Made by a program: the position numbers and the translations under genes. The notes under the pieces were generated by a model. The model was not told where the DNA came from and searched no databases. It saw nothing but the letters and a program-made list of their open reading frames with translations. A stretch of DNA of 20,415 nt from Microthyrium microscopicum (Eukaryota). Of this stretch, positions 11,775 through 20,415 are shown piece by piece (the stretch's first letter is position 1; the number at the start of each line of letters is the position of its first letter). The stretch is taken from assembly GCA_010405405.1 (NCBI GenBank), contig MU004245.1, positions 561,256 to 581,670 of the forward strand. Direction: 5' to 3'.

Positions 11775-14576
11775 ATATTATTTTCTAACTTTATCTTATT
11801 AATAACTATCTACTACCCTCTACTACTACTCTCTACTACTACTAATACTAGAATATTCCTATAACTATTAACTACTATAGATTATCTACCTATTTAAAAT
11901 ATATTAGACGAAGCGCTATATAATAGCTAGCAAAAGGCAAGAAAAGCTATTATAATTTATAGCAAAAATAATAGTTATTCTATATATAAGAAACGTAATA
12001 AGAAGAATAAAGAGAAGAAAGTTTATACTATATATTTTAAGTACTTAAAGCAAAGAGAATACGTATAAAAAGGTATTAGATTACGCAACTAATAATTAGC
12101 CTATAATAACTATTCCTTTAAGATTATAATATAATTGCGTAAAGCTACTAATTAATAATATTTAGAGATTATTAAATAGCATTCTTATCCCTACGTTATA
12201 TCTAAAGATAGAATTACCTCTTACTATTAATTTAATATTTAATTAAATAAGATTATTATAGAGATTAAATAGTTAATAAAGCTTTAAAATACGCTAAAGT
12301 AAATACTTAAAAATATCTACTAAAAATACTCTAATACTACTATTAACGTTAAAGATATCTATAACGCTTATAATAGTACTTAAATTAAACGAATAGTAAG
12401 CTATACGCTAATATTAATACTACTTAATAAGTTAAAAGAACATCTAAATCTTCTCTTTAAATTACGCGTAGTAAATAATTATCTTATTAGTCTTTTAATA
12501 ACTTTATAGAAGTAAATTAAGCTACTTTATAATTATCTTAATATTGTAATATTTAATTATATATACAAAACTAATCGTTATAAGATGCTAATACTTTATT
12601 TATATATATCTATAGTAATAAATAAATATTTCTTTACTTCGTTTACCTTTCTATCTTCTAAATCTAAAGAAGATTATTAATAAGTATTAGAAGCATATAA
12701 TAACGTCGTTTAAGACAGCAATAAGATTCTAGCACTAAATGTTATTACTACTAATTAATATAAAGCACTAAAGAATGCCCTTACTAATACTATTCCTATT
12801 TAGTAATTAGTTTATTAATACTATTATATTAAGAACATTAAAAAGTAGATTCATTTAATATATAATTAGTTAGATTATATTAAAGATCACGCTACTATTA
12901 CTATAGTTAAGAAGAGCCAAAAAGTAGCCCTTAATAGCTAGATAAAAGTAAACTAAAATCTACTATACTTACGAGTTGTTTTACTAATAATCTTACAAGT
13001 AATTAACGCTCTAGCGAAGAGTAAGATAGAAAAGCTCTAGACAGCTTTCAAAGCTAGATTTAGTAATATAAAGAGCTATTAACTAGTATTCTATCTTAAG
13101 AACACTTAATAAATATATAAAGATTAAATCTATAAGGCCTTTACGCATAAAATATAACACTTTAGAAGCTATACTATATTACTATTAAAGAGTCTTTATA
13201 ACGCTATTAAAGAATAGATTAAAGTATATAAAGATCTTCTTACTGTTATTAATTCTTTTAAGATAGTTCTTAATAATTAATTCTACGTACTATAGGGTAC
13301 TACTACTAATAATACTAATAGTTTAATATATAATCTTTATAAGAAACACCTTCCTATTATTCTATAGATTTATAACTACTTTATTAGTACGTACGCTATT
13401 AAAAAGATTAAAAAGTAATATAAGAAGTTTAAAAATAAGTAATCTAGTAAGACGCTAGTAATAATATGTTTAAATATTTTTAGTTCTATCTTTAACTTAC
13501 CTTATAGCTATACTATAAAATAATATCTTATGCTAAAAGAGGATTAGTAGCTTAATAAGAGTAATATTAATCTATATTAATACTACGATTAAATTTACTC
13601 TAGAGTTATAGATTTAGATCTACCTCTTTATCTAATCTATAGCGCTCTACTAGCTAAACCTATACTAAGAATTTAACTACTAATTAGTATACGTAATAGT
13701 AGACGTTCTTAAGAATCTTCTTCTTAATTACGCTCTATAGCTTTATTAGGTTAAATCCTCTTAGAGTTTAAATTACCTATACTACTATCGTATAATATTA
13801 CTAATACTATAGTATTAATACAATCTATAAAGCAAAAGACGTTATAAATATCTTAGGCTAAGAAGCAAGTAATTAATACTTAACGACGAGCTTAAAATAT
13901 TATAAAAGGACATTAATGAATAGAGGATATTATATACAAATTAGATACTATAATAACTTAATATAATAAGACGCACGCTAAATAGCATAAACGCTATAAA
14001 GACTACTAACGCTATAATAATTAGCTTAAAGAACTTAATTCTAACAAAGAAGAAGAAGCTTATAATGCTCTAAAACTATTATAATAAGAATATCTTAATT
14101 TTTAAGAATATAATAGCTAAATACTACTATAAGAGCTTAATTAGTTTAATATTATACTTATTAAAGATCCCTCTACTAAAAAGACTACTACTAACACGCC
14201 TAAAGTTATTAAACTCTCTTTAAATTTAAGTAGCTCTAAAGATAAGGAACTAGCACTAAAACGCTACTATATAGCCTATATAGTTATACTATCTTACAAA
14301 GTACTTTAAGAGAAGGTTAATTAATAAGAAGATACTATTAAGAAGTTAAAGAAACAAATTACTACCCTTAAAGCTAAAGTAGTTATTAAAGCTAAAGTTC
14401 CTATACTAACATCTTTTACTACCGTTAAGATAACTTTACGTAATAGTATTACTACTACTTTAACTACTATAGTACTAATTCTACTTCTACTAAAGTAAGG
14501 AAGACTACGTAAACAACTAGCTACTATAATACTAGTTCCTTCTTAAAAGAAGCAAGGAAGACTACGTAAAGAATAA
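11775..14576 (+). pseudogene. MULE transposase relic (N-terminal FAR1/WRKY-like zinc finger, DDE domain, SWIM-like finger, two AT-hook-like motifs); ends inferred
   Basis: Checked motifs share one frame. IVIFNYIYKTNRYKMLIL at 12543 (=D-TYKTN-Y-MP), FTFLSSKSKEDY**VL, VITTN*YKALKNAL (second D), LVY*YY (CxxH), CLNIFSSIFNLPYSY (~13470-13512, C..LPCxH), GRLRK twice. Start inferred from ATA (RIP'd ATG) at 11775. Confidence 0.93.
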
Positions 14577-14900
14577 TAATAATAACCTTCCTTTAGACCT
14601 ATAAATTAACGTACGTAATTATTAATAACTACATTAAAAACGGGATAAAGATAAGACAAGGAATAGCTATAAGAGGACACAAAAATAATAATAGAATACG
14701 AAAAAACTAGATCTCTTTAAAGATGAGATTTAGGCATAAAAACAAGGTTATAAGAGTTAATCTACTAAACTAGTCCTATAGGCTTTATCCGTAGTAAAAA
14801 CTTTAATATTTTGCGCTTTATTTTAACCTATAAATTAACACCTAAGCTTCTATATTTATTTCCTATTTAGGAATAGTCCTTAGTACATTTACTCGAGAAG

Positions 14901-14960
14901 AATTTTAGTAGATCTTAAGGGGGATTTTAGAAGATCCACTAAAGGATTTTAGAAACACTT
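14901..14960 (-). repeat. Right TIR
   Basis: ...GATCTTAAGGGGGATTTTAGAAGATCCACTAAAGGATTTTAGAAACACTT, reverse complement of the left TIR. Confidence 0.95.
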
Positions 14961-14969
14961 AGAATCTAA
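14961..14969 (+). repeat. 9-bp target site duplication, right
   Basis: AGAATCTAA, identical to 11580-11588. Confidence 0.93.
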
Positions 14970-16069
14970 TTTATAGTTTATAGAAATTTATTAAAATAAT
15001 ATACTAAGAAAGATAAGTATTTATAGAAACTTATATAGTTATTATTATTAAATATAGAGTTAGTATATTTAGTAGAATTAATTTTATAAAATCTTATAAA
15101 GAAATACTAAATAATAAAAAAAGTAAGATTAATAATAATAATCTATTACTTAATTACTTTATATAAAGTAAAAATTATATTTAATATAAGTAATTTAACT
15201 TTTCTATAGCTGTAGTAGTTCTTATATTAGTTTATTCTTAATAGTTATAAGCCTAATAATATTCCTTTCTTCTAAAACTTTATAAATTAGAATATTTAAT
15301 AATTTATTATATTTCTAGTTTTTATTATATACTAGTTCTAGGTATATTAATACTAAAAATGCTTAACGTCTCTTATTATATTTATTAGAGAATATTATAT
15401 TAATCTAAATAAGTTAATTATTATATATTACTTAAATATAGTATTAAGCCTAAAAGTAGAGCTATCTATTATTTCTAAATAACTTAATTAGTATAATATA
15501 ATAAAAGTAGAATCTATTATTAATATAGCTTATATATTAAAGCTATTTAATAGCTATCATCTATAAAAATATAACTAAGCTATAAACAATAATATATAAT
15601 AATTTACTAATTAATAAAAGTAATATAACTAGCTTATTTATTATACTTACTATCTAATTCTTAGAATCTTAGATTATAGTTCTTTATATATACGCTTAGA
15701 AAAAGTTTGTAAATAAATTACTATATCTTAATTAATATAATAAAATAACTTTAATAAATAAATCTATTTATCTTTTAATTTTATTCTCTTTAACTATATA
15801 TAAAATAGTAGTATACTAATAATTTTTAGTACTAATAAGTTTCTTATAATAAATTATATTAACTTTTTTTTATAATTCTTAGAAGTAGATCTATAAGTCT
15901 AGTTATTTAAATATATTTAAATAATTACTTATAATGAAATAGAACTCTTAATACTATATTAGAAACTTATAACTATAAGATTCTACTAATATAAAAGATA
16001 TAGTAACTTAAATTTACTCTTACTAAATATAATAAAATAATACTAATATTTTATTTATTAGTATACTAA

Positions 16070-17100
16070 ATACTATTCTTATATAGCTTATATTAGCTAT
16101 TAGTATATAGTAGAATTTAAGTATTATAAACTAACTTATATTTATTTTCTTCTTCTTTAATAAAGACTAGTTTAAGTAGCTTAAATTCCTTTACTATATT
16201 TAGTAGATATTAGCTAACGTATATATTTAGTTATAATATAGCCTTTTAAAATATATTTATCTTCTTTTAAGTATTAAGACTAACTTTTCTTACTTTTTTA
16301 GTATTTAAGAAAAGGTTATTTGAATTTATATTACTAGTTAAATTACTATTACTTATAGTTTACGCTTTATTATTAAATATATTAGCTTAAAATACTAAAA
16401 ATAATAATAACCCTAGTAAACTATTTAAAGAATTTAAATTATTATATAGCTTACTTAAATCCTTAAATAGTTAACTAGTTTAATTTCTATATCTACTTAG
16501 TCTATAGCTAATAGAAGGTTTTTAAAACTATATAGCTCTTTAGGTAATAGTCTACTAAAGTATATTAGACTTTTTCTATAGTACTATAACCTTCTTTTTT
16601 TACTATTTTAACTTCTTATTATTTTAAGCTACTATAGAAAACGTAAAGAGCTTTATAATTAACTTATAACTACTAGTAGCTTAAATAGTATTATCTATTT
16701 ACTATAAAGTTATCTATTTTGTATTTCTACTACTTATAACTAATATTAATTCTATAATTCTATAATATACTTATATAATAAAGCTTCTAGCTAATAAATT
16801 ATTATTTTAATTATTTATATTTAAGAAATAATTATAATAAATAATATTAATAAAATTAGAATCTATTATTAAATTATCTAGGTAGATTTATATAAAAATA
16901 GGAATAATAATTAAAAGCTTAGTAAGTTCTTATTATTTATATAATTCTAAATAAATACTTAAAGATTATTAATAACTTTATATAAAAGGAAATAGTAGCT
17001 ATTAAAGTACTAAAGTTATACTTTTAGTACTAGATTTTATAAAGACTTTAGAAAATAAATAATATAATATAAGCTTTCTAATACTTTAATATTCTAAATA
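16070..17100 (-). pseudogene. Possible RIP-degraded coding relic of unknown identity; boundaries approximate
   Basis: One minus frame gives protein-like text, e.g. IFNNKA*TISNSNLTSNINSNNLFLNTKKV (plausibly an acidic D/S/E tract before RIP) and VFIKEEEN. No family recognised. Confidence 0.35.
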
Positions 17101-20031
17101 AGTAATATTAGAAAGTCTTATTATATATAAATCTAATATAGATACTAAATAATAAATTAGACTCTTGTTTTTAATAAGTTCTAGTTTTATAAGTTTAGTA
17201 TCTTTTACTACTTTTAATATTCTATAGAGGAAGGTCTAGTCTTATTATATATAATAGTAGTATTAACTATTTTTTTTAATATTAAAAGTAAGTTAATTTT
17301 ATTTATTTTAGAAAATTAAGTAAAATTTATAGTTATAAAGTACTTTATAAGATTTATACTTTAATATATACTTAATATAATTACTTACTTATTAAATAAA
17401 CTTAAAGTATATTATATATAGATATTAAAATATAGTAGGTATAGTAGAGCTAGAGCTAGCCTTCTATAGAGAAGAACTTAGAGAAAATTAAGTTATTAGA
17501 ATAGAGGCTAGAAATGTCTTTATAATACTATAACTATTACTACGTACTATAATAAATCTTTAAAGTCTCTAAATATACTAAGTCCTACCTTCTTTTCCTT
17601 ATTATAATTATTTTATTATATATATCTATATTATTATTAACTTATTAATAGTTAAAGTTTATATTACAAAATATAAAACTTATAAAAGTTAGCCTCTACT
17701 ATATAATAAGTAGTTACTAAGTAACTCCTACTAAATTAGTAACCTTTACTACTATTATAATTAAAAGGACTTAGTAAAAAATTCTAATCCTTTTTTCTAA
17801 GGTTAACGTAATAATTAATATTAATATTTATATTAAAGCTAGTAATATATAGTATAATACGTTACTATAGTTTATAAACTAAGAAATACCTAGTTTATAA
17901 ACCTTAGAGTATTCTATATAGTATTATTATTTTAGATACTTTATAATAGATATATATGTTAATAAGACGTATTATATTATAATATATTACTAATATAATA
18001 ATATAGTATAGAATAAGTTAATAGTTAGAAATACTACTATACTTTACTAGTAATAAGAAGTATATTAGTTTAGTAATATCTTTTACTAATATAGCCCTCT
18101 AATAAACTATTAAATCTCTACTTATAGAGAACTTATATATTAATCTAGCGCCTTATATAAGGCCTAGATATATTTAAATTATTCTTTTATTTCTTTAAAA
18201 AGTAATTAGTACGTTAAACCTTGTTAAGCTAATAAATAATATCTTTTACTACCTATCTATATTTATTAAGAGCCTTTAATAAATATAGATTAAAAGATAT
18301 CCTTTATATTCCTAAATACGTTAAATAATAATTCCTAATAAGAGCTAGCTTCCTTACTAAGAATCTATATAAAGAGTAGGTAATAATAGATTTTTAGCTT
18401 ATAACTAGATAATTTTAATACGAGAATTATAGTATTAATACTCTATACCTATTATGCTATAATAATAAGCTAAGATTTATTATATCTTAACTATAGATAA
18501 ATAATAAATAAAGTAAAGTTTTTATAAATAAGACCTTATATCTAGTAGATAATAAATAAGACTATAATATAATTAGAATAGTAAATAATAAATACTTTCT
18601 TAATATTAAAAAATTAAAATAAGCTTAATATTAAAAAGCTTTTAAAAAGCTATTTAGTAAATATAGAGAGTATACTAATAAAGACTTTATTTTAGTAAAT
18701 TTATTTATAGAAAGATATTAGTTCTAGCTATATCTTATACTAATAGAGCCCTTTAATTACCCTTTAATAAATTATTAAACCTTTATTTATTAAGGACTTA
18801 CTTATTACTATTATAATACGTTCTTCTATTATACTTTTATTAACTACTACTTTATATTCTAGATAGTTAATCTTTAGTACTATTAATTTCTACTACGCTA
18901 TATAGATAGTAAATAAGACTAGTAGTAACTTAGTATAGATATTAATCTATATTTATAACTTAAAGTATAATTTAATCTTTTTATAGTTTTATTTAGTATT
19001 ATAGCTAATAAACTAAGTCTTATTAGAATATAGCTATTTATATTAATAGTATTTATTAAAGTATTAATAAAGCTAATATAAGGAAGTTTAGGCTTAGTTA
19101 GCTAAAATATAACTTATATCTAATATAAGCCTAGGCTTAGTTAACTAGATTTCCTAGACTATTAGTCTAATATTATTAGATATATAGTAAGTATTTAAAA
19201 TAGCTTAGAGTTATTATATATCTATATTTTTATTAGCTAGAATTAATTACTAAAAGGCGCTTATATAATAAATATACTTATAAGTAAAGATAGTATAGTT
19301 ATTATTCTAATTCTATACTAATAATATTTAGAGCTAATATCTTATATAATAACTACTAAAATCTAGTTACTATAGTATTAGTAGTACTTACTTCTTAAAT
19401 TAGCTATATTAGTAATATAACTAAGTATATTTAAACTATATTATTTACTTAAATAGGCTAATTATATATAGTACTATCTTATTAATAATTTAGAAAGAAA
19501 ATAGTAGTTTAAAACTAATATAGTAAGTATATATAGTAAGTAGCTATTATAATATAGCTATAAATTAGTTATATAGGTATAGCATAGCCTTCTCCTCTTT
19601 ATAAAATTTAGAGTTAATCTATAGAATTTAAAGAAATAAATTAAGCTTTACTTAAGTTATAAAATCTAAAGTAGTACGCTTTAAAAGGATAATATAGAAA
19701 GTATATATATAATATAAATAGTAATAAAACTAATTTATTAAAGAATTACTATCTATAATAATAGTCTAGATATAAAAAATAAAGGTTTTATCTATAACTA
19801 AATAGTATAGTATTTTATACTTTAATTTAAATAGAAGGCTACTTAAAGAATATTTCTAAGTAATTATAATTAATATATTTACTTATTATAATAGACTAAA
19901 ACTATTTAAATCTAGTATAATAAAGATATTATAGAGGTTAGTATAAGGATTTTACTAATATAAGGATTTTAGAAAGTTTAAGATTTTATAGTTAGAAGTT
20001 TTTAATAAAATAGTAAATAATTTATTAAAAA

Positions 20032-20146
20032 AATTCTACTTTTTAGAAAGTAATTACTCTACTTCTTAGAAAGTAACTACTTTATCTCTTAGAAAGTAAA
20101 TACTCTATCTCTAAGAAAGTAAGTACTCTATCTCTAAGAAAGTAGA
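20032..20146. repeat. 23-bp minisatellite, 5 copies (consensus ~TACTCTATCTCTWAGAAAGTAAN)
   Basis: AGAAAGTA at 20045, 20068, 20091, 20114 and 20137, exact period 23. Confidence 0.93.
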
Positions 20147-20415
20147 TAGTTTACTAGTAGCTTATAGTTTAATACTATATATTACTTTAAAATATTATAT
20201 ATTTTACTTTATTTAATATTTAGTAGTAAATAGTAATATTAAAGTTATAGTTATACTTTATATTAGTCTATAACCTTAGTAAATAAAAGATTATTAACTT
20301 AGCCTTATACTAATAGTAATCCTTTAGATCTAAATATAGTATAGATACTAATAATTTCTAATTTCTTAATAACTAAATATAATAAACTAATATTATAGAA
20401 ATTCTTTACTATTAG

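Larger units (their letters stand above)
11589..14960 (+). mobile_element. Mutator-like (MULE) DNA transposon, full length, RIP-inactivated
   Basis: ~60-bp TIRs, identical 9-bp flanks AGAATCTAA (11580-11588, 14961-14969), internal MULE transposase motifs. Confidence 0.96.

Noticed and set aside
16640..16680. Ankyrin-like GHxxIVELL motif after RIP reversion
   Set aside because: Single short match with no 33-aa periodicity.
19089..19147. 16-bp direct repeat TAGGCTTAGTTARCTA with palindrome TAAGCCTAGGCTTA
   Set aside because: Only two short copies made of common RIP-derived words; no associated structure.
19963..19975. AGGATTTTAGAAA matching the MULE right TIR end
   Set aside because: Only 13 bp, lacking the terminal CACTC, the 22-bp subrepeat spacing, a partner TIR and a TSD.
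1..20415. AT-rich organelle, endosymbiont or alternative genetic code explaining the many TAA/TAG stops
   Set aside because: Stops coincide with D>N, W>stop and C>Y changes in catalytic motifs and with transition-only LTR divergence, which RIP explains.

Overview
Extremely AT-rich eukaryotic DNA, almost certainly from a filamentous ascomycete, heavily mutated by repeat-induced point mutation (RIP): CpA/TpG are nearly absent, TpA is everywhere and no long intact ORF is visible. Two elements can be reconstructed by undoing C>T/G>A changes. (1) A minus-strand Ty3/Gypsy chromovirus LTR retrotransposon (1-7339; 3' LTR cut by the window edge) with gag (zinc knuckle), a -1 frameshift signal, and PR-RT-RH-IN-chromodomain. 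(2) A full-length 3372-bp Mutator/MULE DNA transposon (11589-14960) with ~60-bp TIRs, a perfect 9-bp TSD and a single-frame transposase relic ending in two AT-hook-like motifs. Both sit in more degraded RIP'd sequence (7340-11588, 14961-20415) that I cannot identify. It holds possible gene relics, a 124-bp tandem repeat, a 23-bp minisatellite and some palindromes. I see no convincing evidence of a functional novel system; the unidentified host sequence is the best lead.
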